Shown here one piece after another: positions 8,365 through 19,200 of a DNA stretch of 64,000 nt; position 1 is the stretch's first letter; the number at the start of each line of letters is the position of its first letter. Under the pieces are notes generated by a model. That model was not told the origin of the DNA, did not search any database, and worked only from the letters and a program-made list of their open reading frames with translations. Origin of the DNA: a virus; the IMG/VR virus record IMGVR_UViG_3300030202_002193, positions 1 through 64,000 of that record. One strand, 5' to 3'. Position numbers and translations under genes: made by a program.

Positions 8365-9818
8365 ACGAAGATATAAATATAGAAGAATTAGCAGAACTTG
8401 TAGATATTCCCGAAGAATATCACGGACTCGCACTAGAAGAAAAGATGCCTAGATTGGTAGAGGATTGGAAGAGGACAGTTCTAACTGTTTCTCATAAAAA
8501 TGATATTCCGGCTATGGCTTCCTTCTTCTCTTTACTTGGTCAAATTACTAAAGACTTCATTAGAATACCTAGAGGGAAAAATACCGAAGATAGCAGAATT
8601 CACTTTTGTTGGATGCAGACTTCAGGAACAGGAAAAAGCACCCTTTGGAATTTTATGGGACCAGTTAGTAAATCTCTGCATAAAAAGATTAACGATTTCG
8701 AAGGAACAAGCGGGACAGATTCTTCGGAAGTATATATTCCTAGAAAATATAATAATTTCGATGTTGTAGAATATACGGATGCGGCTCTAATCGGCTTCTA
8801 TGAAAGGCTAAAAGAATTAGATGAAAACGATGAACCGGTATTTGAAAGAAGGTCGGGTTCTTTAGAAGGAAACGGGCTTGCCCATTGGGACGAATTCGAA
8901 TACTCCGGAGTTTTCAAACAAAGCCAGCACAAAGAAAATATCATTGTATATCTAAATACTTTGATGAATACCTTAGAAGGGGAATCTTGGATAATTACTA
9001 AGAAATTGAAAGAAGGACATTTGATGGAATGTATGTGCCAGCGTTCAGTTTGGGCCACCACCTATATTCCTAAACACCTTAAATCTGTAATAGCAGAAAA
9101 AGGCGTACTGCAAAGAATGTTAGTCTATGTTCGAGAAGTACCCGAAGAAGAACAACATGAGATGAGAATGTTACAGTTGAGGCAATCAGGTAAAAGAGAA
9201 GTAACTGAATTAGATACAGAAAGGTTTGCAAAATCCCTCTTCTCTCTTTACAAAAATGTAAAGGCAAGATTCTTAGAAGTAGGAGAAGACCCATTTAGTA
9301 CTGTAACTTATAGTGAGGGATTTGCAGATGCTCTCGTAAATGAATACATGAAAATGAGAGAGTACATCAAGTCCTGTAGGCCGGAAATCAGAGAAATTGC
9401 TCAAAACTTTATGACTAGAATTAATGTTCAGTTGTTGAAATTATCTGTTCTATGTTGTATAGCAGAAAGAAAGTTTGTAGTTACTCCTACGCATGTTCGT
9501 CAGGCATATATTTTAACCCAACAATGTTATAGCACATTGGTAGAGTGGCTAGAACGAAGCCTGAAGATACAGAAGTCGGCCCTCGTCCAAAATAAATCTG
9601 TAGTGTTCGTACAAGAATATAATGGAATGGTAAAGGATGGAGAAGTAAAAGACAATGGTTATGTTAGCAAGCCCAAGTTATTTGAAAGAGTGCAGAAAAA
9701 AGGTATTTCTAGAGCGCAATGTTATAGAGACTGGAAAATTATTGAAAATAAATTTGAGATTGATACCGTAAACAGGTCCGTATTTGTTAGGCTAAAAAAA
9801 GGAGATGATGAAAAATGA
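8361..9818 (+). CDS. MCM-like AAA+ replicative helicase lacking the usual N-terminal domain
   Basis: Walker A SGTGKS, Walker B HWDEF, Arg-finger-like VLQRM, sensor-2-like TRINVQLLKLS, C-terminal winged helix. Confidence 0.7.
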   Translation: MNEDINIEELAELVDIPEEYHGLALEEKMPRLVEDWKRTVLTVSHKNDIPAMASFFSLLGQITKDFIRIPRGKNTEDSRIHFCWMQTSGTGKSTLWNFMGPVSKSLHKKINDFEGTSGTDSSEVYIPRKYNNFDVVEYTDAALIGFYERLKELDENDEPVFERRSGSLEGNGLAHWDEFEYSGVFKQSQHKENIIVYLNTLMNTLEGESWIITKKLKEGHLMECMCQRSVWATTYIPKHLKSVIAEKGVLQRMLVYVREVPEEEQHEMRMLQLRQSGKREVTELDTERFAKSLFSLYKNVKARFLEVGEDPFSTVTYSEGFADALVNEYMKMREYIKSCRPEIREIAQNFMTRINVQLLKLSVLCCIAERKFVVTPTHVRQAYILTQQCYSTLVEWLERSLKIQKSALVQNKSVVFVQEYNGMVKDGEVKDNGYVSKPKLFERVQKKGISRAQCYRDWKIIENKFEIDTVNRSVFVRLKKGDDEK

Positions 9819-10048
9819 TATGGGAAAACCACTTCCTAGTATTTGATGTAGCAAAGGGGCCAAAGGTCATAATTGAAGCATTGAATACTTATGGAGAAGA
9901 GGGTTGGGAATGTTCTGCTATGATTGCAGTTGCAAATACAAACATAGTAGTGTTTCTAAAGAGAAGAACCGATGTAGAAGAAGAACCAAAGGACGAAAAG
10001 GCAGAACAACTTGCTAAACTTTGGACTTCTCCAAAAGGGGAAAAGTGA
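9815..10048 (+). CDS. DUF4177-like small protein
   Basis: LNTYGEEGWE...VFLKR motif. Confidence 0.65.
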   Translation: MIWENHFLVFDVAKGPKVIIEALNTYGEEGWECSAMIAVANTNIVVFLKRRTDVEEEPKDEKAEQLAKLWTSPKGEK

Positions 10049-10052
10049 TATT

Positions 10053-10646
10053 ATGTCAGTATTAGCCATTGACTTAGAAACAAAAAACATGTCCTATGAA
10101 ATAGGAGGGTTTGGAAATACCCACATGTTTCAAGTTTCTACCGTGGCTACATGGAACGGAGATTCAGGTACAGTCTATGTAGACGAACCTGTAGATTCTT
10201 TTGCAAAAGCGGGTGCGGAAACAAAGCCCCTTTCTCAATTGAAATACGATTTAGATAACCACTTACAGAAGGGAGGTATTCTTTTAGGGCATAATATAGC
10301 CGCATTTGATTTACCTATACTTAGAGATTCTATGGATATATATTGCATAACTAAATATCTAAAGGAAGAAAAATATATTGACACTAGCAAACTATTAGTT
10401 AAGGAACATGGTGAAAGATTCCAATTAAAGAATCTAGTAAAGTGTTCTCTAGATGATGCTAAATTAATGGAAAGCGCAGATGCACCTAAACTTTGGAAAC
10501 AGGGAAACCATACCGAAGTTGTGGAGTATTGTTTGAAGGACACACAATTAGTCTATGACCTTTGGAAATACGGTCAAGATAATGGATTTGTGAAAGCCTT
10601 CTCAACAGAAAAAGAAAAACACTTGGAATTAGGAGTTGATTGGTAA
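10053..10646 (+). CDS. DEDD-family (RNase H fold) 3'-5' exonuclease
   Basis: IDLET, GHNIAAFDLP, YCLKD. Confidence 0.88.
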   Translation: MSVLAIDLETKNMSYEIGGFGNTHMFQVSTVATWNGDSGTVYVDEPVDSFAKAGAETKPLSQLKYDLDNHLQKGGILLGHNIAAFDLPILRDSMDIYCITKYLKEEKYIDTSKLLVKEHGERFQLKNLVKCSLDDAKLMESADAPKLWKQGNHTEVVEYCLKDTQLVYDLWKYGQDNGFVKAFSTEKEKHLELGVDW

Positions 10647-10798
10647 TGACTACACTAGAATGGTTCGGTCTAATCATTTTCTTGATTATCGTAACTTTGT
10701 TATTCTTTGCGGCGTTTGGTGGTTCTAAACTATCAGATTCTACCGTAGAAGAATACCTTGCACGGTTAATGAAGGAAGATGAGAAGCGTGGCCCTTAG
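10646..10798 (+). CDS. Small single-pass membrane protein, 50 aa
   Basis: TAATG overlap; MTTLEWFGLIIFLIIVTLLFFAAFGG... Confidence 0.7.
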   Translation: MTTLEWFGLIIFLIIVTLLFFAAFGGSKLSDSTVEEYLARLMKEDEKRGP

Positions 10799-10931
10799 AA
10801 AGAAATGTAAGTACTGCGGTTGTCTAACAATAGCAAAGCGTATGCAGGGTTTCTATTTGGGTTCTGACCAAAAAAAGAAACTTTGGGAATGCAGGGAATG
10901 TAAAGGGATTTGGTCTGAAAAGTCTGACTAA
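10788..10931 (+). CDS. Zn-ribbon protein resembling the TFS/TFIIS C-terminal ribbon, 47 aa
   Basis: GTG start; CKYCG...SDQKKKLWECRECKGIW. Confidence 0.6.
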   Translation: MALRKKCKYCGCLTIAKRMQGFYLGSDQKKKLWECRECKGIWSEKSD

Positions 10932-10938
10932 GATTAAA

Positions 10939-10987
10939 CGGGTCGGAGGCTCACTTTAACAAGTGGGTTTCCGGCTCGATTTTTTTT
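10939..10987 (+). terminator. Hairpin plus T-tract ending the replication operon
   Basis: CGGGTCGGAGGCTCACT...AGTGGGTTTCCGGCTCG stem with G-U pairs, followed by a T run, at a convergent gene junction. Confidence 0.75.
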
Positions 10988-11097
10988 ATGGCGATTTTCC
11001 CAGAAGAAATGCGAATTTATAATTAGATATTTTATATCAAAATATTCTAAAGTGAGTATTTTATAGTTAGGTTAAATAGATAACCTTGGCACTTTTA

Positions 11098-11502
11098 TCA
11101 AATCGCCCTCGCTTCAACGCTCATTGTTTTAGTATCACTAGCACTATTTCCGGTAGTAGTATCTGTTACAGTACAACTCACTTCATAAAATGCAGTATTA
11201 GGAGGGTCAAGGCCGCTTGCCGGAGTTGTACCATTAATAGTAGCATCATTATATTGCACTACATTAGTAGTACCGTTAGAATTAACACTAAACGCATTTG
11301 CATCATCTCTAGTTTCAGAAAGAGTCCAAGCATATGTAAAATTACCACTTCCTCCAGTTACTGTTGCAGTAGAATCTATTTCCCCTGCCGACGAAGAAAC
11401 TACAGAACTAGCAGCCCCTATGATAATAAGAGGTGCAGGTTCATTAATTGAAACAACTAAAGAAGCACCTTGTTGAGCGCAACCTGTTAGAATAATATAC
11501 AT
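11098..11502 (-). CDS. Ig/PKD-like virion protein
   Basis: Ser/Thr-rich beta protein with GGSGNFTYAW and CTVTD motifs. Confidence 0.6.
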   Translation of the reverse strand: MYIILTGCAQQGASLVVSINEPAPLIIIGAASSVVSSSAGEIDSTATVTGGSGNFTYAWTLSETRDDANAFSVNSNGTTNVVQYNDATINGTTPASGLDPPNTAFYEVSCTVTDTTTGNSASDTKTMSVEARAI

Positions 11503-11503
11503 A

Positions 11504-12943
11504 TCAACCAACTACCATCCAATTATTAGAACCAATAGCAATACAAGTAGCGGCTTTGTAAGTCCCTAAAGTAAAGTCTGAACCTGCGCCATTGATATTG
11601 TTTCCATTACGGCCAATGGTAATATCTCCACCAGTTGTATTTAGAATAGCATAATGTTCACCAGCAGTTGAAGTTGAAGGTAGTGTTATATTGCCAGCAC
11701 ATATATTGTATCTACCAGCATGTGCCGCTTCAGTTAAAGTAGTGCTTGCTGAAACTGAAACTGTTAGTAATCTTGTGTTTCTAAATGTGCCTCCTGTTTC
11801 TATGTCAAGCATAGCAGTAGGGGAATTATGACCTATTGATATTTTATCATTAGCCGCATCTGTAAATAATAGATATTGTTCAGTATCTCCTTCAACTCTA
11901 AAGTTAATATCATCTCTCCCTCCATCATTTATTGCTACTTCACCATCACCGGCTGAACTTCCTGTTATAGCAAGAACTTGATATTGCCCACCTTTATGAC
12001 CTGTAAAGAATAAGATTTCCCCTGCTTCTGCGCCATTAGAAACATCGAGCATCTGCCCTAAAATATAACCATAGAGATGATTACCCCCTGCATCATTTTC
12101 TCCTTCAAATCTAATTAAACCTATATCATCAGATGCGGCAGGGGAAGCGGTATTTTTCATAAATCGAATAACTGCTTCTTGAGCATCAGCATTTGTATTT
12201 TCTAATCTTATTTCCGGTTGTTGAGTTATGGATGAGCGTATATGTAGTTGAGCCGAAGGTGCAGTAATACCGCCTATTCCGATATATCCATCATTTCCAC
12301 TAATTCTCAAAACTTCAGTCGAAGCCCCACCATCATTTACCTTGAAAATTAAATCTCTATCTTGAGCCACATTTTCAAAAGTTACATGGCCGTTTGAGTC
12401 AGAATCAACTGTCATTGCTTGAGTATAAACATTAGAATTAGCATAAGCAATACTCAAACTATTAGATTCTTTATTTGTGGTAAAGTATTGAATTAATCTA
12501 GAACCGGCGGAAGTCCCACTAGAGTATTCTATCATTGCAACAATAGTATCTCCAAGTTTGAATTCGGGTACTCTTTCATTTGCAGTAGGTGGCCTCAAAT
12601 AAAGAACATCTACGGTTTCTCCTACCTCTCTTCCATCAGCCACCACCAGCAAATGATAGCCTTTGGCATAAGTAGTTGTCAAAGAACTATCTGCAAAGGT
12701 CTTAGTTGCGACTTCGTGATATTTTCCGTTGCGTAATATCTTCCCTGCGGCCACCACTAGGTCTCCTCCGGTTTGATTTATGTCAAAGTCTGTTCCTGTT
12801 TTTACAACAACATTACCTGCGGCCATTTGATTCAGTGCTTTAATTAGTCCCGAATGTGGGAAGTCTACTGTATCTACAGGTTGAGTTAAACCTGTACCTG
12901 TAGCATTTTGTGTTATGTAATGTGGGTTTGTTGTATTAACCAT
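11504..12943 (-). CDS. Tail fibre / receptor-binding protein
   Basis: GYIGIG...PSAQLHI and KISIG..SPTAMLDI fibre repeats; DINFRVEGD; C-terminal ITLP...GSNNW module. Confidence 0.8.
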   Translation of the reverse strand: MVNTTNPHYITQNATGTGLTQPVDTVDFPHSGLIKALNQMAAGNVVVKTGTDFDINQTGGDLVVAAGKILRNGKYHEVATKTFADSSLTTTYAKGYHLLVVADGREVGETVDVLYLRPPTANERVPEFKLGDTIVAMIEYSSGTSAGSRLIQYFTTNKESNSLSIAYANSNVYTQAMTVDSDSNGHVTFENVAQDRDLIFKVNDGGASTEVLRISGNDGYIGIGGITAPSAQLHIRSSITQQPEIRLENTNADAQEAVIRFMKNTASPAASDDIGLIRFEGENDAGGNHLYGYILGQMLDVSNGAEAGEILFFTGHKGGQYQVLAITGSSAGDGEVAINDGGRDDINFRVEGDTEQYLLFTDAANDKISIGHNSPTAMLDIETGGTFRNTRLLTVSVSASTTLTEAAHAGRYNICAGNITLPSTSTAGEHYAILNTTGGDITIGRNGNNINGAGSDFTLGTYKAATCIAIGSNNWMVVG

Positions 12944-12944
12944 T

Positions 12945-13286
12945 TTAGTTCACCTCTATTGTTAAGAATAATTCTAAAGTTTCGGATGCAGTTATTGGAC
13001 CTACTCCGTCAAAATTAACCCTCGCTACCATCTCACTACTTGTTTTGAATATGCCCAATTCTCTTATTACTTTGCCTGTAATGTTACTTCCGGCACAAGT
13101 AACTTTTATTTCTAGAACATTAAGTCCGGTATCTTCCTTTGCTATTGTTACGGTTGCACCGCTAGGTACATCTAATGCCGTTGCTCTAGGACTAGTAGAA
13201 TTTCCCCCATATCCTATTTCCCCACTAATGGCCAAAGTGCTTTTTATGTAACTTAATACTTCTGCTCTCATTTCGTCTGTTATCAA
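12945..13286 (-). CDS. Tail/baseplate-associated protein
   Basis: IRELGIF motif typical of tail-collar-like domains; position in the tail module. Confidence 0.6.
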   Translation of the reverse strand: MITDEMRAEVLSYIKSTLAISGEIGYGGNSTSPRATALDVPSGATVTIAKEDTGLNVLEIKVTCAGSNITGKVIRELGIFKTSSEMVARVNFDGVGPITASETLELFLTIEVN

Positions 13287-16200
13287 TATTCTTCCTCCAC
13301 TAAATTTGTAATGGTATCAGTAGAACCGCCACTGAATCCCATTGGAGTAGTGCTTGTATTTAGGGCTGACCCAAATCCTAAAGTTGTCCCTCCTGTAGAA
13401 CTAACCTTTCTAACTAGCAGTTTGCTAACTTTAATGTTAAATGAATCTAAAAGGTCGTAAGATACTGACCTTTCATCAAATTCCTTCGCCCTAATATCAG
13501 CATGTATTTTTTTATTAGCGGCAAGTAATTCTGAAAATCTATCTTCTAATTGCTTACTATATTTTCCTAATTCTAGTTTTAGCATTCCTGTAAAAGAATG
13601 TTCTATTTGCAATACAATGTAGTCATCTAACTCTACGCCTTCTTTACGCAATTCTACTTGAACAACATCCCCTGCTCTTAATTGGCTAATGTTAGTGTGA
13701 CCCACTGTTATATTTAATCTAACATTGTCGCCCGAATGTACTCTTAGTAGTTCGCCAGCCCTTTCATTAACTGCTTCTTGTGAAGTTAAATCCTTTTCAT
13801 ATACTTCTAGAGTTTTTCTCCCAACTCGTTGAATGCTTCTCAAATCCTTTCTAATTCCTTTATGCACTTTTCCATAAACTATGATTTCGTTATAGAAATC
13901 AAACAATGATTTTGCCTTGCTATATTCGAAAATCTGATGACTTCCATCATCGCTAAGTAAGACTTTGGGGAAATTAGAAGTAGAAGTTTTATTGACTAAA
14001 CTAAAAGTAGATTCTTTCGGGTCATAAACTGTAGTAGTTGCCGGTTTTTCTAGCAAGGTCTTTTCTTTTTTATTTAGAATTAAATTAATTGCGGAAAATA
14101 AATCTATCCCTTTGTAGTTAGGTGCTAAGAAATACGGGAAACTACTGTCCTCGCTAGCGAATTCTATGTCATTACTTTCCAATAAATCATTAACTAAATC
14201 ATCTCCTTCATAGCATATGTTAGCCACACTACCAATCATTCCTCTCTTAGCATTTGAAGATAATTCTCCATTTACTGTTAAGGTTAGTGTCTCACTAATA
14301 GAAGCAACGCCCAAAGTTTCTTCCATCTTATCAAAGGATAGGAAATGTCCTATATCATCTCCATTATCTTTGTAAGTCATAGATGTTTTGTAGACATTAT
14401 CTCCATCGGAAACCGCTACAACAAAATCACTATTAGGAGTAAGTAGACTTTCCATTTTATCGGGAAGTCTCTGCACAATAAAACTGGAATCAGATTGAGC
14501 ATCTGTATCTATTGCAACATACATTGAAAGAGCCGCTTCTCTCCCTCCTGTATTATGGAATCTAGTAAAAGAGCGACCTCCGCTTGTATCTCTAACCATA
14601 TAAGAATTAATTTCCGAAGGCTCATAACACCCATCTTCTCCACTAATTTTAGTATATGCAGAAGATAGAGTATTCAATCTAATTTTCTTAGGAGAATGTT
14701 TGTAAAAACAAACATGGTTAGGTTGCATAACCCTATAAAAGTCTGTAACTATTTCTGTATCTAATGTTAAAATATGTCTCTCAACAGTATTAGTAGTATC
14801 TATCTCATGAGATATTACATACGCAATGATATTAGGCGTTTGTTCGTTTAGAGAAGGAGTATTTGCTAATAAGCCAGAATAAGTCTGAACAACGAACTCA
14901 TCGTCGTAATATTTTCCTTTTTCTGAAACTAGATAGCACCCAGTTAAATCGTTCATTAGTCTTAGGCTCTTTCTATTTATATTAGCGAAAGGTCTGGAAT
15001 TAACACCATCTCCTGTTGCGGCATCAGTATCGTCTTCATCGAAAAAGGTTATACTAGTTACATCAGTATCTAACTCGATGACATAATGATATATGTCCCT
15101 ATTACCCGCCGCTTTATTTCCGTAAGGTGAGCCTGTTTCTAAATATAATCTAGGCTTGAATCCCATCATAACTCCATCTGCATCCTTAGCATATGTTCTA
15201 TTTGCATGTGAACCTATACCATCTTCATGTTCAGCAAAATCATTTAATAGTCCCATTCCAACTAAACAAAAGTCAGTACCAGCATTTTGTGAACTCCTGA
15301 AAGAAATTGATTCAACAGGCCCACCTACAGTACCTTTAGAAACCAAACTTCCTCCCCCATCTTCAACATTAAACCTATCTAAAAATATAGGTAAGAAAGG
15401 GTTGTATAAACATTCGTTACCAGCCGCATCGTTACTATCAGGCTCACCCAAAGAACCATGCCATGTACCAAATAATTGATATGGATGGTCAGTTATTTGC
15501 GAGGCCGCTTCAGAAGTATCTCCAAAAATACTAGTAGAATCTAAATCAATAGGAAGATAAGTGTTGAAGGATTTTTCGGCACTACCTAAAGCCGCAGTAT
15601 CTAAGTGTTCAGCATTTTCCCTGTACCAAGCAGAAGAAGTTCCATGACCATAGTGAGCCGCACCACTAGGATTACCAACATCGTTCATAACTATTGACTT
15701 CATCATATGTACTTCTTCTTTTATCTTTACAAATGTGTCTCCCTTTCCGTGTCCTCTAATAGTAGGAACCATATCTTGATGAGCCGTACCGTTAAAGTTT
15801 CTCATTTCGTCTAAGAGGAATAGAGTACCTGCAAAGTAAGAAGTACCATTTGTTTTTCTAGCCTTATCCATTAAAATAATTTTCCAACTACTACCACTTC
15901 CTTCAGTAGCCGCATGTTCTCCAATATACCTACCATTAGAATCTGCTATAATAGTTCTAGGGGGTGCAAGTATAGTACTGGGATTAACAGAAGTATCTGT
16001 TGCAATATAAGAACCAAAAGTTAGGGTTTGGCTGGAAAGACTTCCCCCTGTAGTAGTTTCTGATAATTCAAAATGGGTAGCATCAGTAATACTAGAAATG
16101 GTTGCCCCTAAAGGTATTCCCGAACCTTGAACCGGCATACCTGCTTTAATCGAAGTATTGGAAGGATGGGTTATAGTAGTTCCATTATTATAAGAGCAAC

Positions 16201-19200
16201 CTGTTATCTGATAATCGTTGTAATCTCCTGTAGCAACTTCCGAACTAGAGAAGCAGGTTGCTAAAGAATGAAAATTAAAACATGAATATTTAAACATGGG
16301 TAAAACTCTTTCTTTAGAAATTATATTTTCAGGGTCTATTTGATTAAAAGCCCAATCTATAACCACTTCTGTTAATCTCATAAGAGAGAATCTTTTTAAT
16401 TCTGAAATAGTCCTATCTGCGGATTCAATAGAAGCAGAAGAATAATTAGAATCATTTAGTGTCAAAGTATTAGTTTTGCCTATTGTTCCTTCTTTAATAT
16501 CTGAAGATGAGGTTTCTATCGGGGTTTCTAATGCAAGGAAATTATAATTAGAAATATCTCTAGTGATAGGATAATCTTCTTGACCACTATACATCAAACT
16601 ATCATGTCTTTCTGAAGAGTATGGGTGTAGGTCTGAAGTGGCAAACAAAAACATTCTAGATACTTTGTAATCTAATAAATCTAAATGGTCTTTAGCAGTA
16701 AATATATTTTCGTGAGTACCCGCTACATCTGCTACGACATTAGTTATAGTGGGGTCGTGGGTAAATAGAACTCTTTGAGCAGAGGCCCCATTATGATGTA
16801 AGTCACTATCAAAAAATCTAGAACCATATACTGAAGTATTTCCTCTCGATTCGGGTAGTCGGTGAGTGCTAAAATCTGCGGAAGCATTCTTTCCTGTTTT
16901 TCCTACACCGATGATAGGATAATCTTCAGAGAAACTTTCTATGTAATTTCCTAATCCAAATCTATAGGAACTGGCATAATAAGGAACTTTACTCACGGTT
17001 TCTAAATAATACTCAGAAACATCCTTTATGTCAGTAGTGCTAGTAGTATTAATTCTGTTATAGTTTCCCTTTTCTAGATTTATTATTCTAAAATAAGGAG
17101 AACCATATTTTTCAGAATAGTAGAACTCATCGGCCCTATCCCCATAATAAAATGGGTAATTCATAGATAGGGTTTTGTAGAGACTATCCGAATTAACATG
17201 AGGGCTTAACAAAGATATTATTTTCCCCGTATGCAAATGGCCAGCATTTAATAGTGCTAGTTCGTGAGTTAATTTTCCTGTTTCTAAGAAAGTACTCTCT
17301 GCTAATATCTGTATAGTGTGAGTGCTAATAGTAGATGTCAATTTTCTATCCAAGTAGACATAAATGGTATCGTGGTCTGTATGGAGGGTCACTGTAATGA
17401 TTTTACCTAAGAAAACACCGTTAGCATAAACCGGTTTATTATGTAATTTTCTAGGACTAGCAGTAGTGGAAAGTAGAGCATCACTAGTAGTAGTTCCTCC
17501 CCCTGCATCTTTATCAATTGTAAAATAACTGTTACCCGAAGTACCTGTAGTACAAGCCCCTAAATCTGTAAAAGTAGTATCTTGAGTATTCGCAAAATTG
17601 ATATCTACTCTTCCTAAAGTTAAAGGAATGTATGGGGCAATTTCTACTAATTGCTTATTATCTAGATTTTTTATACTTAGTATAGAAAAATCAATTAGAG
17701 TGTTTACAGTGTCAAAGTTTTGATATGTTTTAATAGAAGCATTATCATCTAGTCTTGCTTGGAACATAGAATCACTTTTTATTTTTACAGTATCACTAAG
17801 ATAATATCCCAATGCCCTACTATCGTCACTTGCAGAAGTACCAATTAAAGTAGCAGATTCAGCACCGGCACTTGTAAGACTTTGGCCACTTTCGAAAAAT
17901 AATCCTTTATTAGAAGCCGCAGTTAAATCAGTACTAGTATTTTGGAATGAATTAGTAGAAAGAGCCTTATTAAACATATAATGTTTAGAAGTTGCCTTTG
18001 CTCCTACTGCCGCACTTGATGGACTACTAGTAGGGTCACTTTCTACTAAAGCATAGTTTTCTAAAGTAACTCTTGTACTGCTATTAACGGTAGCAATTTT
18101 TCCAACATAAGAAACATTAGCATGGTCTGTATGGTAAGCATACACATGAGTTCCAACATCAGTTGATTCAGAATATGCAGGTGAACCAGTACTATCAAAA
18201 TGGTGGGTAGAACTAAAATCAACAACCTTACTATCAAAAGAACATGTCAAGGATGGACTACCGGTAATTAAAGTCACATCATTAAATGGGCTATTACTAG
18301 AATAAATAATATCCTGAGAGTGTAGTGTGTTTTTATTTACTGCCGGAGAAAGCAACTTACTATAACCATTCCTCCCGCTTATATCTATAATTCTCTGACC
18401 GCTTTCTTGATAATAGTTTATATTTTCAATCGTACCATTGAACTTTTCTATTTCGATTTGGTAATCTCCACTTATCCAATCCAAGGCACTATTAGCCCCT
18501 GTGCCGTAACTTTTATTGGTAAAAGCCAAAGTCATTAATTTCTTTTCACTATCTACATTTGTGACTGTTGCCCGTATAAAAGAAAAGTCATCTGAAATTA
18601 AATTAATAAATAAGTTATCATATCGGTTAGGAACGAGAGGGAAATCGGTTAAAATAGTTCCATCGACCCTATTAAACGCCCTACGATATAACTTATCTCC
18701 TACAGAAATAGTTGGGTCAGATGAGAATAAAAATTCCCCTGAAACTCCATCAGTTTTATGATATTTATTTGTGTTTGTTTTAAGGGTAATAGGTTGGCTT
18801 GCTGGAGTTGTTCCTGTAGCCGCAGTAAATGTTCCAATAGAATTTATGATAAATAGCGTATTCCCAATCTTAATTTCGTCATTGGCATTCAAAAAATCTC
18901 CTAAATCATAGTCTGTAGTAAAAGTGTAGGTAGGAGAAGAAGCAGAAAGAACCTCTACATCTAAATCGAACCAATCATCTAAAGATGCACGATGTACTTT
19001 ATGTCTAATTCTATACGATTCATTTTCTGCAATTTTTTTATTTTGGATTCTAAACATATCTGCAACTTTGGTTTCTGCATATCCTCCTCTTTGTCCGTAG
19101 GACTCATAGATAATATTATCGAAAACACCAAACACTTCATTAGATTTATCGGGAGAATACTTGTAGTGTAAATATCTTCTTGGCCCCCTAAATTGTAAAG

